This document shows positions 10,336 through 19,371 of a DNA stretch of 64,000 bases, piece by piece (positions within the stretch are counted from its first letter, which is position 1; every line of letters starts with the position of its first letter). The notes under the pieces were generated by a model. It had not been told where the DNA came from. It made no database searches and saw only the letters and a program-made list of their open reading frames with translations. Source of the DNA: a virus (Duplodnaviria; Caudoviricetes). A program made the position numbers and the translations under genes. The stretch spans positions 96,001 through 160,000 of the IMG/VR virus record IMGVR_UViG_3300032327_000953; one strand, written 5' to 3'.

Positions 10336-11006
10336 ACTTTTATCTTATCTATTAGGGTTTTAATATATTGTTGTAGCTTAAGTAATTGTTGTTTAGGAAC
10401 CTTTAATCCATGTTTCAACTTTAAATAGTTCTCTCTATATTCTTGCTCAATATTTTTATCTAAGTAATCTAATAGTTCTTTATTCTCAATTTTATCGACT
10501 AAATTATTGCTAGAAAATACCGAAGCTTCAGGATCCTTCTCAATGTATGTTGGCTGCATAATATTCTTTTTGGTTTCATTTCTGTGAGACCAACTAGCAT
10601 ATAGTTCACAGTCTTGCTTGCTGCTGTATTTTGAACACTGATTCTTAGAACAGGCATACGTCTTATCGAAAAAAGGACAGCCAAAACAAGGCTTGTCAGG
10701 ACGCTGATAGTTATTTCTTTTATAGTTGAAAAGTCGATTGCGTATGTGGGTCCATAGGAAATTTTCCAAGGGACGTTTATTATCGTACTTTTGAACACCC
10801 TCTAAAGCAAAAATATATGCCTGTTGCTTCATGTCATCAAAATCATGATAACCAAATTTGAATTTATATCCTAACCTTTTGCTAATATTTTCAACTACTC
10901 TGATAAATTCTTTTTCATCAATATCATGAGGTAATGAGGACGTTTCTATAACTGGTTTATTCTTGGTGGTTTTCTTGACTATTTTTTTCTTGTTCTTTTT
11001 CTTCAT
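10311..11006 (-). CDS. Phage sigma70-family RNA polymerase sigma factor
   Basis: Region-2-like DFDDMKQQAYIFALEGVQKYD...FLWTHIRNRLFNY, followed by a Cys-rich insertion. Confidence 0.75.
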   Translation of the reverse strand: MKKKNKKKIVKKTTKNKPVIETSSLPHDIDEKEFIRVVENISKRLGYKFKFGYHDFDDMKQQAYIFALEGVQKYDNKRPLENFLWTHIRNRLFNYKRNNYQRPDKPCFGCPFFDKTYACSKNQCSKYSSKQDCELYASWSHRNETKKNIMQPTYIEKDPEASVFSSNNLVDKIENKELLDYLDKNIEQEYRENYLKLKHGLKVPKQQLLKLQQYIKTLIDKIKVCQKSEDS

Positions 11007-11145
11007 ATAATAATTGTGCTATGCTCTTTCCTTCTGGTAAATTAAGTTCCTCAGCACTAACGTCACAATTGGCCGATATTTTAACATCCAGCGTACTGGA
11101 AACAAATTGAGGTAATATTGGATCGATCATTTTTTCTCCTTGCAC
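10957..11145 (-). CDS. Hypothetical protein
   Basis: 62-aa ORF with GGAG RBS, first gene of the minus-strand operon. Confidence 0.5.
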   Translation of the reverse strand: MQGEKMIDPILPQFVSSTLDVKISANCDVSAEELNLPEGKSIAQLLYEEKEQEKNSQENHQE

Positions 11146-11220
11146 GAAATAACCAACTTGATACTATTATATGGTTAGTATACACTTTAGTCAACAATAA
11201 AAACGAAAGGACATATTGTT

Positions 11221-11454
11221 ATGGCAACATACAAGAAATGGGCCGAATCAGAACTTGAGTTTATCAGAAATAATCAAAAGCTACTAAGTGATGATGAATT
11301 GGCCGCAAAACTAGGACAAATGACTGGTAATGGGGTAACAACAGCTATGGTTAGACGACAAAGACGAAAGCTTGGCATTCAAAAGCCCAAGGGAAGAAGG
11401 CCCAAGAACAGAGTTGTAGAATCTCCAATTAATCAAGAAGTTAGTAATACTTGA
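11221..11454 (+). CDS. Small HTH-type DNA-binding protein
   Basis: W..SELEFIR...SDDELAAKL....TTAMVRRQRRKLGI pattern. Divergent from the packaging operon and followed by a terminator. Confidence 0.6.
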   Translation: MATYKKWAESELEFIRNNQKLLSDDELAAKLGQMTGNGVTTAMVRRQRRKLGIQKPKGRRPKNRVVESPINQEVSNT

Positions 11455-11501
11455 TATTATTAGTAGTAAATTAAAATAGTTATTAAATTATTTTGTAAAT
11501 T

Positions 11502-11527
11502 GGGCGGGTCTAGTACCTGCCCTTTTT
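11502..11527 (+). terminator. Intrinsic terminator
   Basis: gggcgggt-ctagt-acctgccc followed by ttttt. Confidence 0.8.
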
Positions 11528-11547
11528 ATTTGTATAAGGGATAATTT

Positions 11548-12786
11548 ATGGATATATTAAAATACGAAGAAGAAGTAAAGATTTTTTTAAAGTCAAAATC
11601 TAAAGGAGAGAAACTTATTGAAGAGTATGTTTCTTTTTGTAATTATTTACTTTATATGGATTCTGATATTGTGTTAGAAGTAACTGATAAATTAAAGAAT
11701 AATATAATAGAATATGCTACTAATAATAGTTTAGTTTATAAGGACTTTAATCCAGAAAAGATTTATTCTAGAAAAGATCTGAATAATAATGAATGTTGGT
11801 TTGTTAAAGATTTGAAAGAAGAAAATCAGATATTTAATACTAGTGGTAGTAGTAGCGGAGAACCTTTTAGTTATGGTGTGTGGAACAAATATATTAGATT
11901 CTTAGAAGACGAAAGTCATTATGGAATGATTTTGGATGAATTTCATATTAATAAAAAGAATCCTAAAATATTAATGCTTAAAAAATTAGCATATAATCCA
12001 AGTCATAAAGAATTTTTACATAAGCAAGAAGGAGATTCTCCATATACTCTTCATACTCATAAGAGCATTGATAGCATAAGGTATTTTGTTAATTTTGAGA
12101 ATTACATGAATAATAATGATAGTTGGTTTGAAGAATTGTTGCAGAAAATAAGGCCTATTGTGCCATTTGACATTATTATGATTACTGGGCCAATAATGAA
12201 TTCTTTGGTAAATTATTTGACTAAAAATAATATTGATATAAAGTTGGGGAATTTGATGAGTCAGACCGGGGAGTTTATGAGATTGGTTGATAAGGAAACG
12301 ATTATATTAAAAAAATATGCTAATAATGTTTGTGATCATATGAGATGTTGGGATGGTGGAGCAACTTTTTTTACATGTCGATATGATACGTATCATTTGT
12401 TAGATAATTTGAGTTGGGTAACTCAAGGAGCGGACAATAAGATGATTAGTACTGATTATTTTAATTTATCCTCTCCTTTTGTTAATTATTACAATGGAGA
12501 TCTTTGTGAGATTAAAAATGATTATTCCAGATGTGAGTGTGGAAGATTATATAGACCTTTTAGAATGATAGAGAATCGTCCTTTCGCTTTAAAGGGACCT
12601 GGAAGATTGACCGATATAAAACAACAAATATCTCAATTATCTTTTAGGAATGATTTAAATCAAATTCAATTTGAGAATCTTAGTGTCAGGGTGGTATCAA
12701 ATAGGATTTTGGATCAATCGGAAAAAGAAAAGCTAAAGAGTGTATTAACTGGATATGAGATTATATATCAGGAAAATAACACATGA
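11548..12786 (+). CDS. PaaK/CapK-like adenylate-forming (ANL superfamily) enzyme
   Basis: P-loop FNTSGSSSGEPF, NYYNGDL (RYxTGD-like), CECGR...MIENR hinge. 412 aa. Confidence 0.8.
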   Translation: MDILKYEEEVKIFLKSKSKGEKLIEEYVSFCNYLLYMDSDIVLEVTDKLKNNIIEYATNNSLVYKDFNPEKIYSRKDLNNNECWFVKDLKEENQIFNTSGSSSGEPFSYGVWNKYIRFLEDESHYGMILDEFHINKKNPKILMLKKLAYNPSHKEFLHKQEGDSPYTLHTHKSIDSIRYFVNFENYMNNNDSWFEELLQKIRPIVPFDIIMITGPIMNSLVNYLTKNNIDIKLGNLMSQTGEFMRLVDKETIILKKYANNVCDHMRCWDGGATFFTCRYDTYHLLDNLSWVTQGADNKMISTDYFNLSSPFVNYYNGDLCEIKNDYSRCECGRLYRPFRMIENRPFALKGPGRLTDIKQQISQLSFRNDLNQIQFENLSVRVVSNRILDQSEKEKLKSVLTGYEIIYQENNT

Positions 12787-13838
12787 GCTATGATAATAAT
12801 GGGCCGATTTATAGTGTTCTAAATGGCAAATCTCCTTGCGGAGCTTATGATGGTGTGGAATTGGATGGCTCCACAGTTAATGGAGTAGTATTAAATGGAT
12901 CAAATTGTACTGAAGGAAAATTAGGTCCGTATTGCCGAGGAGGAATCGTTTCTGGGTGGTGTTGTTTTGGTCCTTGTTCTAGTAATTCAGACTGCTTGAA
13001 TTCTAATCCTTGTACTAATGGATCTTGTTGTGGTGTTGTTCCTTGTTCTGTTACTCCTAATGATTGTACCACAAGGTTAGTATTTCGTCCTTATTTTGAT
13101 GATTCATATTCAGGCGCTGGTATTACTGGTGATACTGGAGCATGGCCCAAATCTATAAGAGTTATTATCGCTGGAAATGTTAATTCAAATTTGAATATGA
13201 CTGTGGATCTTAATGGTTCAAACTATAGTAATTCTTATGGAGGAGGAAACTGGAACAAAACCCTGTCTCCTACTATGAGCATTAGCGTATCAAGAGATAT
13301 GGGTAATGGATATTCTAGTCCTTTTTACTCAAGAAGTAATCCTTATTATGGTCCAAGTTCTGGGGGAGTTGGTGCTTGGAATGTATCAATTAATGAAATA
13401 GATCCTAACGGAGATCCAGAATGGGGCCCTACTACCATATCAAGTTTTAACGGAACTATTCCAGTACTAGTTCACAGAGTAGTATCTCCATCAGTAACAA
13501 TCGAAGGAGTAGGTAGTTATAATTTGGAATTAAGTCCAATACAAGAACAAAAGACTTTTTTTACTTGTGCTTATTGTTTTGCTACTCTTTACGGAGATGT
13601 TGAGACTAATTATCCTCAGGGAGATAGTCCTAACTATGGATACGGAAGAACTTTTTGGTATAATATGAGTGAGTATACAACAACAAGAGAATATTTTGAT
13701 CAAGGTATAATATCGGGAGGTAAATGTGTTTCGGTTATTACTGGACAAAGAAATGGATATCAATATAGTCCAGCAATAGAGAATCTATCTGATATTACGG
13801 ATGGTCAACGATCAATTAAAATACAATCTATGGGATAA
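12783..13838 (+). CDS. Leader-family Cys/Gly-rich protein 1 (351 aa)
   Basis: Starts MSYDNNGPIYSVLNGK. 15 Cys, 12 of them in the first ~96 aa, then a beta-rich body. Confidence 0.8.
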   Translation: MSYDNNGPIYSVLNGKSPCGAYDGVELDGSTVNGVVLNGSNCTEGKLGPYCRGGIVSGWCCFGPCSSNSDCLNSNPCTNGSCCGVVPCSVTPNDCTTRLVFRPYFDDSYSGAGITGDTGAWPKSIRVIIAGNVNSNLNMTVDLNGSNYSNSYGGGNWNKTLSPTMSISVSRDMGNGYSSPFYSRSNPYYGPSSGGVGAWNVSINEIDPNGDPEWGPTTISSFNGTIPVLVHRVVSPSVTIEGVGSYNLELSPIQEQKTFFTCAYCFATLYGDVETNYPQGDSPNYGYGRTFWYNMSEYTTTREYFDQGIISGGKCVSVITGQRNGYQYSPAIENLSDITDGQRSIKIQSMG

Positions 13839-13841
13839 TTT

Positions 13842-14204
13842 ATGATGTATAATAATACTGGTCCTATTTATAGTGTTTTAACAGGTAAGGGTGATGGATA
13901 TTTGTGTCAAGGAGGTTTGGGGTGTGCTCCTTGCTATAGTTGTTTAGGAGGTCCTAATACTTATGCTGATTTAAATACCTGTCAACAAAATTGTATAATA
14001 AGAAATCCTTTAACTGGATGTGGGCCATCTGCTAATTGTCCAGAAGGTTATTGTAGGTATAGTACTTGCGTGAGCGAGCAAGATCCTTCCTATAACCCAA
14101 CCATGATGAGCTGCGGATATCCTACACAAATTAATTGTTATACTTATGTAGTATCAGATTCGGAAAGTTCTTTGAATTGTATTTCATATTGTGATAATGT
14201 TTAG
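13842..14204 (+). CDS. Leader-family Cys-rich protein 2 (120 aa)
   Basis: Starts MMYNNTGPIYSVLTGK. 14 Cys. Confidence 0.8.
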   Translation: MMYNNTGPIYSVLTGKGDGYLCQGGLGCAPCYSCLGGPNTYADLNTCQQNCIIRNPLTGCGPSANCPEGYCRYSTCVSEQDPSYNPTMMSCGYPTQINCYTYVVSDSESSLNCISYCDNV

Positions 14205-14273
14205 AAAGAAATTTTAGGTTATCTTGTCAATCTCCAGTCTCTTTCTATAATAAAGAAACCAAGGAGACTTAAT

Positions 14274-14678
14274 ATGATTAATACTAATAATGTGACCGAT
14301 GTTCTGCCAATGTTGATTAAAGATGATGAAACTTTCTCAAAACTAAAGAATGCCTTTCCTTCCATATTAGCGGATCTTGTTACTTTTAAAGATAATCCTA
14401 ATTGTACCTGTCGAGGAAAAGTCTTTAAGTTTTTTACTGAACAGCTAGAAAAGAATAGTTCAGTATTAGATACTTATGTTAAGGACGCTTCAGAAATAAC
14501 TCTTAAGCTACAATCTTTAAATGAAGAAAGAGCTAATAATAATTATGCAGGAAAAGTTTTTGTGATTGATAAGGGTGACGAAGCTTGGAAGAATTTCGCG
14601 GCCAATCTGCCTGGCAAAATGTTTAGGATGTTTAGTGTGGCCGAAAGAGATAATAAAGTTGCAGTTTATTTCTTATGA
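14274..14678 (+). CDS. Hypothetical protein with CxC motif
   Basis: 134 aa with GGAG RBS, containing NPNCTCRGK. Confidence 0.65.
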   Translation: MINTNNVTDVLPMLIKDDETFSKLKNAFPSILADLVTFKDNPNCTCRGKVFKFFTEQLEKNSSVLDTYVKDASEITLKLQSLNEERANNNYAGKVFVIDKGDEAWKNFAANLPGKMFRMFSVAERDNKVAVYFL

Positions 14679-14965
14679 CACTTTTTATAATTTATCTATT
14701 CACTTCATTAGCTCTAAGTTATGCTTGGAGCGATACTGAAATTAGTGTACCATTAAGAAATTTGGTTGCGCGAGTTCCGTACATTAGTAAGCCTTTGCTT
14801 TGTCATGAGTGCGTTAGCTTTTGGATTAGTTTAACTCTTTCGTATTTTTTTAATCCTTTGGAAGATCTGACTCAGCCAATAGTGAGCAACTTATTGAGTG
14901 CTTTCTGTGGATTCTTCATTAATATGATCTTTGTGCGAAAGCATCTGATTCCTTATAAGGACTAA
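14675..14965 (+). CDS. DUF1360-like small membrane protein
   Basis: Three hydrophobic segments and LLCHECVSFW, resembling the L.CxxC.S.W motif of DUF1360. Confidence 0.6.
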   Translation: MTLFIIYLFTSLALSYAWSDTEISVPLRNLVARVPYISKPLLCHECVSFWISLTLSYFFNPLEDLTQPIVSNLLSAFCGFFINMIFVRKHLIPYKD

Positions 14966-15010
14966 GGGTGTATATATTATCTCAGTAGTCATCCTCTATA
15001 AGGCGTTTAA

Positions 15011-15427
15011 ATGATATATGATAATAATGGACCAATATATAGCATCCTAGATGGGAAAAATCCAGTACCTCCGTGTTTATATTATTATACAGGGAGGATT
15101 GGTATGGGTGGTCGAAATGAATGGAGATTAATTGGTGGCGGCAATGGAGGTTGTGCTCAGACTAATAGCAATTGTTTTAATTTGACTTTTAATCCATGCT
15201 TACCAGAACAGCCAGGATGTGATCAAAAGTACGGAGAGACTACAACGATTTGTGTTGCTGGAAATGATGGATCAATATCTTCTACTACTAGAACAGTGCT
15301 TTATTACTGTTATAATGATAATGGGGATATTGGTTGTTGGGAGTGTGATACATACGCTGACTATCTCTCATTTTGTCCAGAACGTGTAACGACATATACT
15401 AGTAATAATTGTGATGGTAATTGTTAA
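15011..15427 (+). CDS. Leader-family Cys-rich protein 3 (138 aa)
   Basis: Starts MIYDNNGPIYSILDGK. 12 Cys. Confidence 0.8.
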   Translation: MIYDNNGPIYSILDGKNPVPPCLYYYTGRIGMGGRNEWRLIGGGNGGCAQTNSNCFNLTFNPCLPEQPGCDQKYGETTTICVAGNDGSISSTTRTVLYYCYNDNGDIGCWECDTYADYLSFCPERVTTYTSNNCDGNC

Positions 15428-15451
15428 TTCTTAAAATAAAAAGGAAAATAT

Positions 15452-16054
15452 ATGAAACTAAATAATACTATATCAATAACTCCTCCTCCTTTTACTAATA
15501 ATCTTGGAAAAGTAGTTTATCCAGATACATTGGTATTAGATAATTTAGATTTAGTATTTACTGATAATCCAATAAATAAAACAGTAAGTGTTAATCTTCT
15601 TGGAATACAAACTCCAATTAATCTTTGGTCTGGATCAGAATATGATCTTGTGGGGGACTGGACTCAAGCTCAAGCTGAAGATAAATTAACTGAAATATTA
15701 GGAGATGATCCAGCAGCATTTTTACGATCATTATTTCCAAAAACTTTGGAGGAATATCCAAATAATCCAGGAACAGTTCTGGTTAAAGTTCTAAAAAATC
15801 AAGGAGTTGTAATATCAGATAATTGTTCTTGTACAAAATATATCTTAGAAATGAACGAGAATGGTAATGATTGGTGTGTTGAAAATATAGAAAAAATAGT
15901 AGCTTGGCTCAAAGTAGAAGCAAATAATCTTAAAATTATATTCATAGATAGTGTTGCAAAACTATTAATTATGCGAGCAATTAAAAAATCTCGTAGACTA
16001 TTAAATAATCAGCCGGTTCCAACTAATGACTCAGATCTGGATATTATGGAATAA
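15452..16054 (+). CDS. Hypothetical protein with CxC motif
   Basis: 200 aa with RBS, containing DNCSC...MNENGNDWC...IVAWLKVEA. Confidence 0.65.
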   Translation: MKLNNTISITPPPFTNNLGKVVYPDTLVLDNLDLVFTDNPINKTVSVNLLGIQTPINLWSGSEYDLVGDWTQAQAEDKLTEILGDDPAAFLRSLFPKTLEEYPNNPGTVLVKVLKNQGVVISDNCSCTKYILEMNENGNDWCVENIEKIVAWLKVEANNLKIIFIDSVAKLLIMRAIKKSRRLLNNQPVPTNDSDLDIME

Positions 16055-16056
16055 AA

Positions 16057-16260
16057 ATGGTATATAATAATGAAGGTCCAATATATAGTATTTTGAGTGG
16101 CAAACCATGTTCTGGTAATTGTAAGGTACAATGGTATCAGGATGGAGGAGGAGGATGGGATGCTTTTGAAAATAATTGTCCAGCAGGATGTGATTGTGTA
16201 ATTCCTGGGGACTCTGGATATAATGATGAGATACGAACTGTTAACTGTGCAACAGTTTAA
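16057..16260 (+). CDS. Leader-family Cys-rich protein 4 (67 aa)
   Basis: Starts MVYNNEGPIYSILSGK. 6 Cys. Confidence 0.8.
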   Translation: MVYNNEGPIYSILSGKPCSGNCKVQWYQDGGGGWDAFENNCPAGCDCVIPGDSGYNDEIRTVNCATV

Positions 16261-16335
16261 AGTTTGCTGACGGCTTCTGTCGATAAAGTATGTGTGGAAA
16301 CTGGCCAATTGTTTTTTAACCCCTAGGAAAATTTT

Positions 16336-16632
16336 ATGAAAAAGATATTAGCTGGAATATTATTGTTTGTTGCAGGAAATGTTGCTCTTGGTGATGAGGG
16401 TTGGGTTCCTTATGTTTATCATCCTCCGGTTGTGGTTCAACAAGTTCCAGCGGCAGTTGCTGCTCCATACTATTATTATGTTCCAGTGGTAACTATGGTG
16501 CCTGTGGTTCCTCAGTACGTTCCTGTGACAAGTTATCAAAATGTTCTGGTGGAGCGTCGATACCACTGTTTTTTTAAAAGATATGAGGTACTAAGTGTGC
16601 CTCAGACTGTTTATGTTCCAAATCGGTACTAA
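16336..16632 (+). CDS. Secreted-type Pro/Val/Tyr-rich small protein
   Basis: Sec-like signal MKKILAGILLFVAGNVALG, then low-complexity VP/PY repeats. Confidence 0.6.
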   Translation: MKKILAGILLFVAGNVALGDEGWVPYVYHPPVVVQQVPAAVAAPYYYYVPVVTMVPVVPQYVPVTSYQNVLVERRYHCFFKRYEVLSVPQTVYVPNRY

Positions 16633-16741
16633 TAACTGGCTAATAAACTGGCCAATTTATATATGGTGGTCCCTATTGTGTTTGCACCACCGCGACTTGT
16701 AGTGAAAAATCCGTACCAACCTTCTAAAAACGAAAAAACCC

Positions 16742-16823
16742 CCTAAGTATATGGTAGGTAAGGACTTATGTCTTGTTGGACGGGCCGGGCTTGACGTAAG
16801 TTGTTTGGTACCAACGACTTATG
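16742..16823. repeat. 82-bp double-palindrome element, copy 1
   Basis: cctaagtatat-ggtaggt-aaggacttatg / 24-bp spacer / cgtaagttgtt-tggtacc-aacgacttatg. Confidence 0.85.
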
Positions 16824-16965
16824 TCGAGTCAGCGTAAAGTCAGCCGATTCGGCACGATATTTGCACTACAAACCTTACGAAAATGCAAGGAAACTTTTCA
16901 CTTGCAAATAAAGTTTGGGATGGTATAATGTCGATATAAGAATAAGAGAAAGAAAAGAGGAAAAA

Positions 16966-17187
16966 ATGGAAAATCTGAATTATGATCTGGTTTCTGACTG
17001 CTGCGGTGCTGGTTGCTCTTTTGAGACCGGCGAGGGTAAGGATAGAATCGGGATTTGTATGGATTGCAAGGAATGGTGTGGTGTGGTTGAGGATATTCCG
17101 GAAGATGAGGCCGACTATATTCCGGGCCTTGACGATGGCGAATGGGAATCCGATGAGGATTGCTGTGGTGAAGAGGATTTTGCCTAA
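16966..17187 (+). CDS. Small acidic Cys-containing early protein
   Basis: MENLNYDLVSDCCGA...CMDCKEWC...DEADYIPGLDDGEW. GAGG RBS. Confidence 0.7.
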   Translation: MENLNYDLVSDCCGAGCSFETGEGKDRIGICMDCKEWCGVVEDIPEDEADYIPGLDDGEWESDEDCCGEEDFA

Positions 17188-17191
17188 GCCC

Positions 17192-17221
17192 TTGACAAAC
17201 TAATAGCCGATACTGTATAAT
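17192..17221 (+). promoter_or_regulatory. Sigma70-type promoter with GCCGATA box
   Basis: TTGACA-18 bp-TATAAT with gccgata in the spacer. Confidence 0.8.
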
Positions 17222-17245
17222 AGCAACAACACAAAGGAAAAGAAA

Positions 17246-17467
17246 ATGAAAACTGCAACCGTGCGATCTGTTGGTAGGGTGTATCTGTTGAGCGACATTG
17301 TAAAGGCTATGATGGATCGATCCTATATTGGTCTGGTCGATCCTGCTGGGAAGTGCCATGTCGGTACGGTGAATGGTCTACAGATTGAAGATGGTAGTGG
17401 AAAGAATTATATCGTGACGATATACGCTAATGGTAAATCATCTAAGGTTTTTATCAAGGCTTCTTGA
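17246..17467 (+). CDS. Hypothetical early protein
   Basis: 73-aa ORF right after the promoter with AAGGA RBS. Confidence 0.65.
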   Translation: MKTATVRSVGRVYLLSDIVKAMMDRSYIGLVDPAGKCHVGTVNGLQIEDGSGKNYIVTIYANGKSSKVFIKAS

Positions 17468-17607
17468 AAGGATATAGTATGTCGATTATTGATTATGTTA
17501 TATTGTTTTCTCTAATTGGTTTCTGTGCATTTATCACCTATACTGTGCATGAGGTGGGTAACGCTATCCATTCCATGCTGAATGACTAACACACTAAGGA
17601 ATATAGA

Positions 17608-17925
17608 ATGACACACGATGAAGCTACTAAGATGGTACATGGTAAGACTAAGCGGAAATCTCGTAAGGTAGGTAACAATACATACGCTGAGATATTGCCT
17701 GATAGTAGCGTAGGTATTATGCTACATGGTACGTATGTGGTAAAGATTCATTCTGACAATAGTGCTACCCTTAACACTGGGGGATGGTATACTAGTACCA
17801 CTAAGGATAGAATCAATCAGTATTCACCTGTACGTGTGTATCAACGTAAGGGAGAATGGTATTTAGAGAATGGTGATGAGTATACTGATGGTGTCGTAGT
17901 AGCTGATAATAATCTGGTATACTAG
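17608..17925 (+). CDS. Hypothetical early phage protein
   Basis: 105 aa containing LNTGGW...TTKDRIN. Stop codon abuts element copy 2. Confidence 0.7.
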   Translation: MTHDEATKMVHGKTKRKSRKVGNNTYAEILPDSSVGIMLHGTYVVKIHSDNSATLNTGGWYTSTTKDRINQYSPVRVYQRKGEWYLENGDEYTDGVVVADNNLVY

Positions 17926-17926
17926 A

Positions 17927-18008
17927 CGTAAGTCCTTGTCCCTAAACGACTTAGGGCGAGGCCGGCGGGCCCACGTTGACGTAACTCCTTATGTGCCAAC
18001 ATGTTACA
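17927..18008. repeat. 82-bp double-palindrome element, copy 2
   Basis: cgtaagtcctt-gtcccta-aacgacttagg / 24-bp GC-rich spacer / cgtaactcctt-atgtgcc-aacatgttaca. Confidence 0.9.
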
Positions 18009-18143
18009 GCTAATGCAAACGGCTAGCAAACGGTGTGCCACAACACGCCACGAACCTTACGGTATTGTAAGGAAAGATTTTGCTTGCAAGCTCAAGAATA
18101 CTTTGGTATAATGTCGATATAAGAAAGAATAGGAGAAAGAAAA

Positions 18144-18392
18144 ATGATTACGCTCGACAAGGTTATGGCTGGTGTTCGACAGGTTTTTGGTAAGGATTCC
18201 CACAAGGTGCGTGTGATTCAAGCCGGATCGTCGTTCAAGGTTGAGCCGAAAGATATGGTTCACGATGGGGTGTGGATTCGTTCGGAAAATGGTATTGAAA
18301 ATCAGCTGAACGATCTGTATTATGACATGGTGTGCGAGGCTTGTGCCGACGAGGCTGATTACATTCCGGGCCTTGACGATGGGGAGTTTTGA
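18144..18392 (+). CDS. Early protein ending in DEADYIPGLDDGEF
   Basis: 82 aa after a promoter and GGAG RBS. Confidence 0.7.
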   Translation: MITLDKVMAGVRQVFGKDSHKVRVIQAGSSFKVEPKDMVHDGVWIRSENGIENQLNDLYYDMVCEACADEADYIPGLDDGEF

Positions 18393-18590
18393 ATGAGCGT
18401 TTTTACCTTTCATCGAATAGACACTCACGAATATATCGGTATGTTTTTTGGTAAGGATTGGATGGAGGCTCGAAGTAAGGCTAGTATAAAAAGTGGAATA
18501 CCAGTGGATGATATTCTACCTTGGGCTTTCAATACTGAAACCTTTCCCCTACCTGAGAGGGATGAGACTCCCCACTACCCATATGACTGA
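18393..18590 (+). CDS. Hypothetical early protein
   Basis: 65 aa, coupled to the upstream ORF. Confidence 0.55.
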   Translation: MSVFTFHRIDTHEYIGMFFGKDWMEARSKASIKSGIPVDDILPWAFNTETFPLPERDETPHYPYD

Positions 18591-18678
18591 ACCTTACGAC
18601 ATTGTAAGGTTGACAACATAAAATCAGTTTGGTATAATGCACACACAAGAGAACGATAGACCTAAGAGAGAAAAGAAA

Positions 18679-19053
18679 ATGAAAACCAAGTTCCCCATCA
18701 TCGAAAATGCCAAGCGTCAAGCCCGTATGATCTTCAAGGGTATCGCAGTGCCGATGCTCGTGGAAATCCCCGATGATAAGGTTGTGGACGATACCGATTA
18801 CGTCTACGGTGTGACCGATCAAAAGCGGTATGTCGTGACCGAAAAGGTTCTCAAGTTCAATCGTACCGCACTGAAGAATATCGGCAAGGCTCGTAAGGAA
18901 AAGGCTGATCCCCGCTATGTGGGGGGTGAGGATACCATGATCGTTCCGGTTGGCAAGCCGGGTAGCCGTGAACGTGTTGAAGAACTGACCAAGCAGTATG
19001 GTGCGGTTGCTCACCTTGAAATCAGCCCGTTCAGCTTCAAGGGGGAAGAATGA
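18679..19053 (+). CDS. Hypothetical early protein
   Basis: Start at MKTKFPII after a TTGACA/TATAAT promoter. GC-rich codons. Confidence 0.7.
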   Translation: MKTKFPIIENAKRQARMIFKGIAVPMLVEIPDDKVVDDTDYVYGVTDQKRYVVTEKVLKFNRTALKNIGKARKEKADPRYVGGEDTMIVPVGKPGSRERVEELTKQYGAVAHLEISPFSFKGEE

Positions 19054-19190
19054 ACGACTGTACACTAGTGTACGACGTTACACTAGAGACTGAGCGATGG
19101 GTAAAGAGTACGTATGTAAGGCTATATCCTAAGCTATACCTACCCATATGGGTGGGTACTGAACGAATATACAGGAAACGAAAAACTTGA

Positions 19191-19272
19191 CGTAAACCCT
19201 TGCTACTAAAGGACTTAGGGCAAGGGCGGCCCGCCGGGCGCGACGTAAGTGCTTATGCCTCAATGACTTACG
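19191..19272. repeat. 82-bp double-palindrome element, copy 3
   Basis: cgtaaaccctt-gctacta-aaggacttagg / 24 bp / cgtaagtgctt-atgcctc-aatgacttacg. Confidence 0.9.
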
Positions 19273-19371
19273 GCAACATAGCAAATGCTGTACCAAATCA
19301 TGTTAGAAATACCTTACAGTATTGCAAGGAAAATTTTTCTGCTCTACCCTATTGACAAATGACGATAATAG

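Noticed and set aside
12783-16260. Leader family as a diversity-generating retroelement target set
   Set aside because: No reverse transcriptase and no template/variable repeat pair differing at adenines; the bodies are unrelated in length and sequence.
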